Shown: positions 1 to 8,166 of the stretch, piece after piece
Layout of the letters: each line of letters begins with the position of its first letter
How positions within the stretch are numbered: position 1 is the stretch's first letter
Assembly: GCA_030656535.1 (NCBI GenBank)
Contig: JAUSPL010000107.1
Coordinates: 1 to 26,895 of the forward strand
DNA: 26,895 bases
Source: Gemmobacter sp.
GTDB lineage: Bacteria; Pseudomonadota; Alphaproteobacteria; Rhodobacterales; Rhodobacteraceae
Direction: 5' to 3'
The notes under the pieces: model-generated
Databases searched by the model: none
Seen by the model: only the letters and a program-made list of their open reading frames with translations
Told to the model about the DNA's origin: nothing
Position numbers and translations under genes: made by a program

Positions 1-1228
1 CCCGGTTCAGCGTGTAGCCCATGATCCATGCCGAAAACAGCGTGAGCAGGATCGTCACCGGGATCACGACCGCAACCACGATCGCCTCGCGCCAACCAAT
101 CGCCAGCCAGACCAGTGCGACGATGGACACCGTCGCAAGGCCCAGGTGGAACAGCAGTTCATTGGCCTTTTCGTTCGCGGTTTCGCCGTAGTCACGGGTG
201 ACGATGACGTCGATGGTGTCTGGGATAAGGCTGCCCTCCAGCGCCTCGACCCGGTGCAAGATCGCCTCGGCCACGATCACCGCATTGGCACCCGCGCGCT
301 TGGCGACCGCCAGTGTGACTGCGGGGGTGCGGGTCACTGCGCCACCCTCAGCGCGGCTGATATTGGCGACGATCACGTCGGCGCTGTCAGCGATGAAACT
401 GACCTGGGCCACATCGGCCACATAGACAGGCCGCCCGTCACGCGTGGTCACCAGAAGGTTGGCGATTTGCGCGGGTGCCACCAGCGTTTCCCCAACCACC
501 AGATCGATCTGTTCCCCGCCATCCCGCAACTGCCCGGTGTTTTGCGACCGATTGGCATTGGCCACCTTGGCTGCCAGTTGTTGCAAGGTGACACCGTGCA
601 AAGCCAACCGTTCTGGGTCCGGTGCGATGCGGATCATTTCAGGCACTTCGCCGACCAGATAGGTCAGGCCGACATCTTGGGTCTTGGCCACCTGGGTGCG
701 CAATTCGCGGGCAAGGCGGGTCAGATCATTGGCGCTGATCCCGTCCACACCAGGCTTTGGGGCCAGTGTCAGCGACACGATCGCCACATCATCAATGCCG
801 CGACCGACGATCATGGGCTCGGGGATGCCAACGGGAATGCGGTCCATGTTGGCGCGAATCTTGTCATGCACCCGCAGCACAGCGGCATCGGCCGACGTGC
901 CAACCTTGAAGCGCACCGTGACCATTGCGTAATCATCATTGGTCGAGGAGTAGACATGCTCTACCCCGGCGATACCTTTGACGATACCTTCCAGCGGTTC
1001 AGTCACCAGTTTGACGGCATCTTCGGCCCGCAGCCCGGACGCCTGCACATGGATATCCACCAGCGGAACCGAGATTTGCGGCTCTTCTTCGCGCGGCAGG
1101 GATGTCAGGGCCACCAGCCCCATCGCCAGTGCCGCCAGAATGAACAGCGGCGTCAAGGACGACGCGATGAACGCGCGGGTCAGACGCCCGGCAATGCCAA
1201 GTTTGACCGTATCAGGAACGTCATTCAT
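1..1228 (-). CDS. RND efflux permease subunit (AcrB/AcrD/AcrF family), 5' part only; runs off the left edge
   Basis: Absent from the ORF track because it is truncated. Manual translation from ATG at 1228 gives MNDVPDTVKLGIAGRLTRAFIASSLTPLFILAALAMGLVALTSLPREEEPQISVPLVDI, the typical RND TM1 plus 'LPREEEPQI' start. It overlaps the adaptor stop codon (ATGAATGA). Confidence 0.92.
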   Translation of the reverse strand, partial: MNDVPDTVKLGIAGRLTRAFIASSLTPLFILAALAMGLVALTSLPREEEPQISVPLVDIHVQASGLRAEDAVKLVTEPLEGIVKGIAGVEHVYSSTNDDYAMVTVRFKVGTSADAAVLRVHDKIRANMDRIPVGIPEPMIVGRGIDDVAIVSLTLAPKPGVDGISANDLTRLARELRTQVAKTQDVGLTYLVGEVPEMIRIAPDPERLALHGVTLQQLAAKVANANRSQNTGQLRDGGEQIDLVVGETLVAPAQIANLLVTTRDGRPVYVADVAQVSFIADSADVIVANISRAEGGAVTRTPAVTLAVAKRAGANAVIVAEAILHRVEALEGSLIPDTIDVIVTRDYGETANEKANELLFHLGLATVSIVALVWLAIGWREAIVVAVVIPVTILLTLFSAWIMGYTLNR

Positions 1229-2195
1229 CTGCGTTGACCACCCGGTCACCGGACACAAGACCCGACAGCACCTCGATCATCGCGGCCCCGTCAAGGGTTT
1301 GGCGCTGCCCCAGCACCACGGTACGCAACACCGGGCCATCCGAGCCTGCGACCTTCACATAGTCAAGGCCGGACCGGGTCATGACCGCCGCTTCTGGCAC
1401 CATCAGGGCTATGCGCGTATCAACGGGCAGGCGCACCAGCACCCGCGCGTCGATAAAGCTGTCGGGCAGATCGGGCACCTCGACATCCGCAATGACCCGA
1501 CCGTTTTCGATCAGCGGATAAATTCGTGCCAGCGTACCCTGCGACGGCCCTGCCGTGGTTTCGATCTCGATGGCCGAGCCTTCCTTCAAGAACGCCGCAT
1601 GGCGCTCGGGCACAGCGATGCGCAGGAAAATTCCGCCGCCGCCGATGGTTGCCACAGCTTCACCGGGCAAGACCACTGCGCCCGCCGCGACCGGTACCGC
1701 CAGCACGCGACCCGCGATCGGGGCCAGAACATCGCCCTCAAGACCTTGTTGTTCCACAACCTTGCGATCGGCACCGACCGCCGCGATCTGGCCCGTCAAC
1801 ACATCGACCTGGGTGCGCAGCGTGTCCAGCCGCTGCGCCGTGGTCACACCGCGTGCCAGCAGATCTTCACCGCGTGTCAGTTCCACCTTGGCATTGTCAA
1901 GTTGCGCCATCAGCGCCTGCACCTGCGCATCTATGGCGGCAAGCTGAAAGTTGATCTTTGCGTCGACGACCTGCGCCAAGACCTGCCCCGCCGTCACGAT
2001 GTCGCCCTCTGTCACCTCGAGCGACACAAGCGTGCCGCCCAGCCGGGCGCGGGCCGGAATGCGACTGCGCGCTTCGATGCGGCCATAGACCGCTTTCCAT
2101 TCGGTGACCGATACCGGGGCCAATGGCACCTCTTCGGCGAGCGAGGCGAGCGGAAGTGAGGCCACCAGGGCAACTAGGGCAATCAGGGTTCTCAT
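1221..2195 (-). CDS. RND efflux periplasmic adaptor (membrane fusion protein)
   Basis: Start MRTLIALVALVASLPLASLA (signal/anchor) with GGAG upstream. Lipoyl-like half motifs IPARARLGGTLVSLEVTEGDIVTAGQVLA and VLAPIAGRVLAVPVAAGAVVLPGE flank a coiled coil. C-terminal EVLSGLVSGDRVV. Directly upstream of the RND permease. Confidence 0.92.
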   Translation of the reverse strand: MRTLIALVALVASLPLASLAEEVPLAPVSVTEWKAVYGRIEARSRIPARARLGGTLVSLEVTEGDIVTAGQVLAQVVDAKINFQLAAIDAQVQALMAQLDNAKVELTRGEDLLARGVTTAQRLDTLRTQVDVLTGQIAAVGADRKVVEQQGLEGDVLAPIAGRVLAVPVAAGAVVLPGEAVATIGGGGIFLRIAVPERHAAFLKEGSAIEIETTAGPSQGTLARIYPLIENGRVIADVEVPDLPDSFIDARVLVRLPVDTRIALMVPEAAVMTRSGLDYVKVAGSDGPVLRTVVLGQRQTLDGAAMIEVLSGLVSGDRVVNADE

Positions 2196-2274
2196 TCGGG
2201 CTCCGCTTCGCAAAATGGAGGGATGGGGACAGCGACCAGCGCCATGCCCCAAGGTCAGGCAAAGGGTCGGGCCC

Positions 2275-2475
2275 TCAGAACGCAGTGCCAGGCTTTGCGC
2301 CCAGCCATTTGAACGCCGACGCCGCGGGACAGAACCCGGTAAACGCCGACTGGATCTGGTTGACCCCCACGAACACCGTCAGCCAGACGAAATGGGGCGA
2401 AACCCACACCGTCAGCGCCAATGACAAAAGCACCATGAAGCCCGCAAAGGCGATGACCATACGATCAAGCGACAT
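2275..2475 (-). CDS. DUF2892 / YgaP-like small membrane protein (66 aa)
   Basis: MSLDRMVIAFAGFMVLLSLALTVWVSPHFVWLTVFVGVNQIQSAFTGFCPAA: two hydrophobic helices and the family motif 'S.FTGFCP'. RBS AAAGGAAA before the ATG at 2475. Confidence 0.88.
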   Translation of the reverse strand: MSLDRMVIAFAGFMVLLSLALTVWVSPHFVWLTVFVGVNQIQSAFTGFCPAASAFKWLGAKPGTAF

Positions 2476-2556
2476 ATCGTTTTCCTTTCGTGCCCCAGCG
2501 CGCGCTTGCAATGGGGGATTGTGATTTATGTGGCAATTCTGTGGCCTTGTCCGCAT

Positions 2557-3849
2557 TCAGAACCCGGCATCAAATTCGACCTTCTTCAGCTTTTCGATTC
2601 CCAGCGCCTGCATTGCCAGCCGCTCATAGAACGGTTCGGATTTTCCGCTGCGGATCTTGTGCAGAAAGTATTTCTCAAAGGCGATCTTGGCCAGATGCAC
2701 CCACCTGCCCGATGACGACCAATTCACGTTCCGCGGTGGGATTTGCGGCTGGGCGACAAAGGCGATGCCGCTGTCGCCGAAATCAGCAAGGCAGACGGCG
2801 TTCCAAGTGGCAACGGCATCGGGCGCAAGGCCCTTGGTCAGCTGGCTGATATTTTGCACGGTCGCAGTCACCATGGATTCGATCATGAAGCCGGTTTTCG
2901 GAACACCCAGCGGCACTGGCGTTTTTCCCACCGGCGGAATCGCGACGCAAACGCCCACCGAAAACACCTCTGGGAATGCCGGATTGCGCTGATACTTGTC
3001 GGCCAGAACAAAGCCGCGCGGGTTGGTCAGCCCCTCAACTCCCCTGATCGCCTCGATGCCGCGAAAGGCGGGCAGCATCATGGTGAAAACCTGCGGTATG
3101 TCGTGCGACTTCAGGACGGAGCCATCCTCGGCCATTTCCGAGACCAGAACCTTGTCTTTTTCAACTTTGTCCAGCCTGGCGTTGCAGACCCATTTGATGT
3201 GATGCTGCCGCATCTCGCTTTCCAACAACCCGTTGGTATCGCCCACACCGTCCAAACCCAGATGCCCGATGTATGGCTCTGATGTCACAAACGTCATCGG
3301 CACCCGGTCGCGCACCTTCGCATCCCGCAGCGCTTTGTCCAGGATGAAGGCGCACTCATACGCCGGGCCAAAACACGAAGCGCCCTGCACGGCCCCGATG
3401 ACTGCCGGGCCCGGATTGGCGATCAACGCATCCACAGCCAGTTTCGCCTGCAGGGCATGATCGACATGGCAGACCGACTGGGTGTGTGCCTCGGGGCCAA
3501 ATCCCTCGATCTCGTCGAACGCCAGGTCGGGGCCAGTCGCAATCACCAGATAATCATAGGTGATCGATTCGCCGTCCGACAACTCTATGCGGCGTTCTGC
3601 AGGGTGCAGCCGTTTGGCGCCTTGCGAATGCAGGCCGATGTTGTGCTTGAAAAAGACCGCATCCAGATCCACCTCGATCGACGCCTTGTCACGCCAGCCG
3701 ACGCCAACCCACGGATTTGACGGCACGAAATAAAAACGGCTGCCCTTCGAGACGACCGACACCGCGTGCTCATCCCCAAGCGCCTCACGCAATTCATAGG
3801 CCGCGATCGTGCCTCCAAGTCCTGCTCCAAGTACCACAACATGGGCCAT
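2557..3849 (-). CDS. sqr: Sulfide:quinone oxidoreductase, type I (SqrA-like)
   Basis: FAD-binding GAGLGG, PSNPWVGVGW, SVCHVDHA, SCFGPAYE, GHLGLDGVG, VPKTGFMIESM, AVCLADFGD and C-terminal KIAFEKYFLHK. These include the three Cys and the His/Glu/Val positions known from Rhodobacter capsulatus SQR. RBS GGAGA before the ATG at 3849. Confidence 0.95.
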   Translation of the reverse strand: MAHVVVLGAGLGGTIAAYELREALGDEHAVSVVSKGSRFYFVPSNPWVGVGWRDKASIEVDLDAVFFKHNIGLHSQGAKRLHPAERRIELSDGESITYDYLVIATGPDLAFDEIEGFGPEAHTQSVCHVDHALQAKLAVDALIANPGPAVIGAVQGASCFGPAYECAFILDKALRDAKVRDRVPMTFVTSEPYIGHLGLDGVGDTNGLLESEMRQHHIKWVCNARLDKVEKDKVLVSEMAEDGSVLKSHDIPQVFTMMLPAFRGIEAIRGVEGLTNPRGFVLADKYQRNPAFPEVFSVGVCVAIPPVGKTPVPLGVPKTGFMIESMVTATVQNISQLTKGLAPDAVATWNAVCLADFGDSGIAFVAQPQIPPRNVNWSSSGRWVHLAKIAFEKYFLHKIRSGKSEPFYERLAMQALGIEKLKKVEFDAGF

Positions 3850-3911
3850 CTGAGTTCTCCCTTGGAAGGCCGGACCGCACCCGATCACTGGTCGAGCTTA
3901 ACGCCAAACTA

Positions 3912-3927
3912 ATTCAACTACATGAAT
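3912..3927 (-). promoter_or_regulatory. Putative SqrR/BigR-type operator ATTC-N8-GAAT
   Basis: Sequence ATTC-AACTACAT-GAAT, about 60 bp upstream of the sqr start. It matches the SqrR inverted-repeat consensus I recall for R. capsulatus and abuts the -10 element. Confidence 0.75.
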
Positions 3928-3933
3928 ATTATA
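3928..3933 (-). promoter_or_regulatory. Sigma70 -10 element (TATAAT) of the sqr operon
   Basis: Plus-strand ATTATA reads TATAAT on the minus strand, in an AT-rich patch upstream of sqr. The -35 position 17 bp away (CAAGGA) is a poor match. Confidence 0.6.
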
Positions 3934-4414
3934 AGTGCCCAGGGTTGGCGTCCTTGACATGGATCAGTTTCGGCCCCGCACCAGGTGTCTCTGAGATAAA
4001 TCCGTCTCTTTGCGAAAGCGCGCGAAACACCAGTGATCCGTGGCATTACTCCAGACACCTCAGGTCACCGCAAAGCCGGTACGGCACAGGCCGGCACCAG
4101 ATCTTTGCGCGATCTGCCAACGGCGAATATCCGAAGCCAGGTCAAAGCGGCCAGACCGTCACGCAACGTCGAGCTTGAGGTATTCCCCCAAGATCATCTG
4201 CGACACGGCGTCGACCGCCACACCACGTTGACATTGCTTCGTGCGGTTGATCCGGTTTGAAATGGGGTCTTGGCCCGCGACACATCGCATACCTCAGCCA
4301 GCCCAAGCACCTGTGCCGGTTGATCGCAGACCTTCGACAGCGTGTGCCGGCACCGTCAGCGCAATCGAACGGTGCTCCGCCGGGTTTGAAGGGTCGGGTC
4401 CCGGCGGGCTTGCT

Positions 4415-4430
4415 CAGCGACGCGTCGCTG
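4415..4430. repeat. Perfect 16-bp palindrome CAGCGACGCGTCGCTG
   Basis: Self-reverse-complementary sequence in the intergenic gap. Function unknown. Confidence 0.5.
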
Positions 4431-4472
4431 GCTGAGTCAAACTTCCCGAACGATTTCAAGATGTGGGCTTAT

Positions 4473-4501
4473 CTGCCCCCTCAGTTGCGGGAAGGGGGCA
4501 G
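4473..4501. repeat. GC-rich stem-loop (REP-like or terminator) downstream of the DUF3830 gene
   Basis: CTGCCCCCT-11 nt loop-AGGGGGCAG, a 9-bp stem about 70 bp after the DUF3830 stop. No U-tract on either side. Confidence 0.45.
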
Positions 4502-4572
4502 TGGTCAGCCTGTCCACCAAAGCGCAGCAGGCATTTGCTGCCGCTACCCCGGATGAAACAGCATCCCGGGCT

Positions 4573-4986
4573 TCAGGCGAGTTCGAACCGGATGGACTTG
4601 GCACCTTCATAAAGCACAAGGTTGCCAAGCGTCATCAGGTTCTCATGGCCACCCGTCAGCGTGATGAAATGGTTTCCAGCCAGTTGCCCCACCTTGGAAC
4701 TGAAATCGACGCCACCATAGGCAAGCAGGATCTCGGTCTCGGATATGCCGCCCGGATACAGGATGATTTGTCCGGGTGCGGGGTGGCTGGTAGCGTTTTC
4801 ATAGCCCACGCCAAAGTCGTAATCGCCAAGCGGCATCCACACCCCTTCGCCTGACCAGCGGACATGGACGATCTTGCTTTGAAAGGGCATCGCGGCGCGA
4901 AAAGCGGCACATGTTTTCGGTGCGGCCTCTTCCTCCAGTCTGGCAGGAAAGGTGAACGGGCCGGCGATGATGGTTATGGCAGTCAT
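4573..4986 (-). CDS. DUF3830 family protein (cyclophilin-like fold)
   Basis: MTAITIIAGPFTFPARLEEEAAPKTCAAF...HVRWSGEGVWMPLG...ENATSHPAPGQIILYPGGISETEILLAYG...SKVGQLAGNHF, matching the family signature as I recall it. RBS GAAAGGA before the ATG at 4986. Confidence 0.85.
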   Translation of the reverse strand: MTAITIIAGPFTFPARLEEEAAPKTCAAFRAAMPFQSKIVHVRWSGEGVWMPLGDYDFGVGYENATSHPAPGQIILYPGGISETEILLAYGGVDFSSKVGQLAGNHFITLTGGHENLMTLGNLVLYEGAKSIRFELA

Positions 4987-5096
4987 GATAGTCCTTTCAG
5001 GTGAAGCAAATCGGCAAGGTGGATCAATCGTGGCGGGCGCGCAGACACACGCCCCGTGATCAGGCAGGTGCTGCGTCGACGATGCTGACCCCGAAC

Positions 5097-6485
5097 TCAA
5101 CGGCCCAGATAAGTGCCATCGCCTTTGGTGCCCTGCAGGGCTCGGTCCTGAACCATCACTTTGCCACGCAGCACTACGGTGACCGGCCAGCCCGTTATTT
5201 CAAGCCCTTCATAGGGCGAGTAATCCGCGCCGTCGTGCAGATTGGCGTGGCGGATCGGGGCGGTCACCTTTGGGTCCCAGATCACGATGTCGGCGTCCGA
5301 GCCGACGGCAATCGTGCCCTTGCGCGGATACAGGCCATAGGTCTTGGCATGGTTTGTTGCGGTCAGCGCCACAAAGCGGTTGATGTCGATCCGGCCTTTC
5401 ATCACACCTTCGGAAAACAGGATCGGCAGGCGTGTCTCGACCCCCGGAATACCGTTGGGAATGTGCTTGAACTGCTTGGCCCCCTTGGGGTTCAGCTTGC
5501 CTTCGACGCTGTCATAGACGAACGGGCAATGGTCGGATGAGAACAGCTCGAATGTGCCGTCCTGAAGGCCGCGCCAGCAAGCGGCCTGATCCTCGGTTCC
5601 GCGTGGCGGCGGTGAGCAGACGAACTTTGCCCCTTCCCAATCCATGCCTTCCAGATCTTCTGCGGTCAGCACCAGGTATTGCGGGCAGGTTTCGGCGGTA
5701 ACCGCGACACCGCGCCTGCGGGCTGCGGCAATTTCGTCAATCGCCTGACCGTTGGAAACATGAACGATCACGATGGGGGTTCCCACCACTTCGGCAAAGG
5801 CCATCGCACGATGAGTGGCTTCACGTTCCACCGCAACAGGCCGGGTACGCGCATGGGCGCCAGGGCGCAGATCGTTTGCCGCCTCGTGCTTGCCGATCAG
5901 AAACTTGATCGCGTCCTCATTTTCGCAATGCACCATCACGGTTGCCCCAAGATCGCGGGCAACGTCAAAGGTCTGCAACAGTTCAGGATCCGTCAGGCGC
6001 AGGTTTTCATAGGTCATGAACACCTTGAACGAGGTATATCCGTCATTGAAAAGCGCCGGCAGATCCTGGCCCAGAACCTCGGGCGTGGGTTCACAGATGA
6101 TCAGATGAAAGCTGACGTCGGTGTAGCAGGTGCCATTGGCCAAAGCGTGATACTCGATCAGGGACTGCCGGATACTTTTGCCGCGTTCTTGCAGACAAAA
6201 CGGCATGATTGTGGTGTTGCCGCCGAACAGGGCTGATCGGGTTCCGCTTTCAAAGTCGTCGGCCATGACGATCCCGTCGCCCGACGGCTGAGAAATGTGG
6301 ACATGGCTGTCAATACCACCGGGCAGAACGTATTTGCCCGTGGCATCAAGAACCTGTTTGGCATCCTGCGCCAGATCCAACCCCAACGCGACAACGACCC
6401 CGTCGCGGATGCCGATGTCGCACACGAACGTATCCGAGGCGGTCGCGACGGTGCCGCCGCTGATCACGATGTCGAATGTCGCCAT
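5097..6485 (-). CDS. hydA: Dihydropyrimidinase / D-hydantoinase family cyclic amidohydrolase
   Basis: Binuclear-metal motifs GGIDSHVH, SFKVFMTY (carbamylated Lys), MVHCEN, IVHVS, SSDHCPF, plus FVCSPP and IPNGIPGVETR. RBS GGAGG. Confidence 0.92.
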   Translation of the reverse strand: MATFDIVISGGTVATASDTFVCDIGIRDGVVVALGLDLAQDAKQVLDATGKYVLPGGIDSHVHISQPSGDGIVMADDFESGTRSALFGGNTTIMPFCLQERGKSIRQSLIEYHALANGTCYTDVSFHLIICEPTPEVLGQDLPALFNDGYTSFKVFMTYENLRLTDPELLQTFDVARDLGATVMVHCENEDAIKFLIGKHEAANDLRPGAHARTRPVAVEREATHRAMAFAEVVGTPIVIVHVSNGQAIDEIAAARRRGVAVTAETCPQYLVLTAEDLEGMDWEGAKFVCSPPPRGTEDQAACWRGLQDGTFELFSSDHCPFVYDSVEGKLNPKGAKQFKHIPNGIPGVETRLPILFSEGVMKGRIDINRFVALTATNHAKTYGLYPRKGTIAVGSDADIVIWDPKVTAPIRHANLHDGADYSPYEGLEITGWPVTVVLRGKVMVQDRALQGTKGDGTYLGR

Positions 6486-6507
6486 TACGGCCTCCGGGCT
6501 GCTGGGT

Positions 6508-7410
6508 TCAGGTGTCGGCCAGTCCGAACAGGGTGTTCGGATTGATGGTGTTCATGCGGCGCAGTTCGTCGCGGCTGAAGCCTTCGGATTCCAGCAACAG
6601 CATGTATTGGCGAAAGCTCTCGACCGGCGGGGCCAGCAAAAACACGCCCGCGTCCGACGACACAATGGCCCGATCGCCCGCAGCGCGGATCTTGGGCGTA
6701 TAATCCTGAATTGTCTTGCCTTTGCTCTTGTGTTTTTCGGCATCGACATGAGTTAGCCCGACCTGCGTCGCATGAGAGACCGAGAAGAACGAAAACTCGC
6801 AATACGCGCCAAGGCTGACCAGTTCGGAAATATGCTCGGGCTCATACCCGCCGCAATGGGTCCGCAGGCGGGTAACGCCCTGCCGCTTGGCCTCGTGTGC
6901 CAGCGCGATCGCCTCGGGACCCGAGACGTGGCCGCAATCAAAAACGATATCGCGTTCGGCACAAAGAGCCATGATCGCCGGGACGGGATCGGGAACGCGG
7001 CCATCCTCGGGCACGCAAAAGGCGGCGTCAAGATAGGCCCCGCTGCGCCCCTCGCGCAGCGCGACATAGCGGGTGTGATGGGTCGGCAGCGACAGGAACT
7101 TCGCCCCGACGCCGAACTCGTAGCCATAGCCGACCGCACATTGCGCCACTTCCAGCGACACACCGCCCGCCGTGGGCTGCATGATCAGGCCGCCAAAGAC
7201 TTTGACACCTAGGTCGCCCAGTTCCGCCATCGCAAGGGCTGCATACCCCGACGAGTTCTGAAAGTTGTCCATCAGGCCCACAGCGCTCATGCCTGCGGCG
7301 GCTGCCTGGCGGATGGAATCAAGGACATTCACGCTGCGTCCGTTGAGGTGCGGACAGGTGTGGATATGGCAATCCACCGCACCGACGAGATAGTCCATGC
7401 CTTGCATCAT
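6508..7410 (-). CDS. DUF6282-like amidohydrolase-superfamily metalloprotein
   Basis: GAVDCHIHTCP (HxH), 'RQAAAAGMSAV', VFGGLIM, CGHVSGPE, RTHC and IVSSDAG follow the DUF6282 pattern as I recall it. RBS GAGGAAA. The start could be the second Met (7407). Confidence 0.75.
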   Translation of the reverse strand: MMQGMDYLVGAVDCHIHTCPHLNGRSVNVLDSIRQAAAAGMSAVGLMDNFQNSSGYAALAMAELGDLGVKVFGGLIMQPTAGGVSLEVAQCAVGYGYEFGVGAKFLSLPTHHTRYVALREGRSGAYLDAAFCVPEDGRVPDPVPAIMALCAERDIVFDCGHVSGPEAIALAHEAKRQGVTRLRTHCGGYEPEHISELVSLGAYCEFSFFSVSHATQVGLTHVDAEKHKSKGKTIQDYTPKIRAAGDRAIVSSDAGVFLLAPPVESFRQYMLLLESEGFSRDELRRMNTINPNTLFGLADT

Positions 7411-7428
7411 TTCGGTTTTCCTCTTGGA

Positions 7429-8166
7429 TCAGTGGCGCAGGATACGGCTGACGAAATCCGTACAGCGTTGGGTCTGCGGGTTATCAAATATCTGTTCGGG
7501 CGGACCGACCTCGACGACGCGGCCATCGGCCATGAACACGACCTTGCTGGAAACCTCGCGCACAAAGCCCATTTCGTGGCTTACAATCATCATTGTCATG
7601 CCGTCATCGGCCAGCAGCCGGATCGTGTCCAGAACCTCTGACACCAGTTCGGGGTCAAGCGCCGAGGTGACCTCGTCCAGGTGCAGGATGTCCGGTTTCA
7701 GCGCCAGCGCGCGCGCAATGGCCACGCGCTGCTGCTGGCCGCCCGACATCTCATCAGGATAGGCGTCAATGCGGTGGGACAGGCCGACCTTTTCCAGCAG
7801 CGCGCGCGCCTCGGCCTCCACCTCGGCGGCCTTTCGTTTTTGCACAATCGTGGGCGCGATGGTGACGTTGCGCAGCGCGGTCATGTTCTGAAACAGGTTG
7901 AACTGCTGGAACACGATGGCGAATTTTTCGCGGGCGCGGCGAAGATCCTTCGGACTGTCATAGCGCAGCTTTTCGCCCGCCACCGCAACAGACCCGGCGC
8001 GAGGTTTCAGAAGGCCCGTCAGCACCCGCAAGAGCGTGCTTTTACCCGATCCCGAGGGACCGATGATCGAGACGATCTCTCCGCGCTCAACGGCAAGGTT
8101 GATATCCTGCAACACAGGCACTTTGCCGTAATCTGCGGACAAATTATCGATTTCTAGGTAGGGCAA
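7429..8166 (-). CDS. Polar amino acid ABC transporter ATP-binding protein (GlnQ/HisP type)
   Basis: Walker A GPSGSGKS, Q-loop FQQFNLF, signature MSGGQQQRVAIARAL, DEVTSALDPELV and SHEMGF. Likely TTG start at 8166 behind GGAGG, overlapping the permease 3' end. Confidence 0.95.
   Translation of the reverse strand: MPYLEIDNLSADYGKVPVLQDINLAVERGEIVSIIGPSGSGKSTLLRVLTGLLKPRAGSVAVAGEKLRYDSPKDLRRAREKFAIVFQQFNLFQNMTALRNVTIAPTIVQKRKAAEVEAEARALLEKVGLSHRIDAYPDEMSGGQQQRVAIARALALKPDILHLDEVTSALDPELVSEVLDTIRLLADDGMTMMIVSHEMGFVREVSSKVVFMADGRVVEVGPPEQIFDNPQTQRCTDFVSRILRH

Noticed and set aside
146-2159. Long plus-strand ORFs 146-1237 and 978-2159
   Set aside because: Antisense shadows of the RND permease and adaptor, which have clear family motifs. 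The translations are His/Arg/Gln-rich with no recognisable motifs, as expected for GC-rich antisense frames.
2555-2570. Second SqrR-like box ATTC-N8-GCAT at the sqr stop
   Set aside because: It has one mismatch in an 8-base motif, overlaps coding sequence and has no clear promoter beside it. Probably chance.
3961-4070. Possible glycine or other known riboswitch upstream of sqr (and upstream of soxB at 12058-12227)
   Set aside because: The conserved glycine aptamer elements are not present in the right order, and no known riboswitch consensus was recognised.
4050-4410. Faint resemblance of a minus-strand frame (...GVAVDAVSQMILGEYLKLDVA*RS...) to an Asp/Glu/hydantoin racemase remnant
   Set aside because: Only a few residues match, the spacing is wrong and the catalytic Cys motifs are absent. 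Not supportable without a search.
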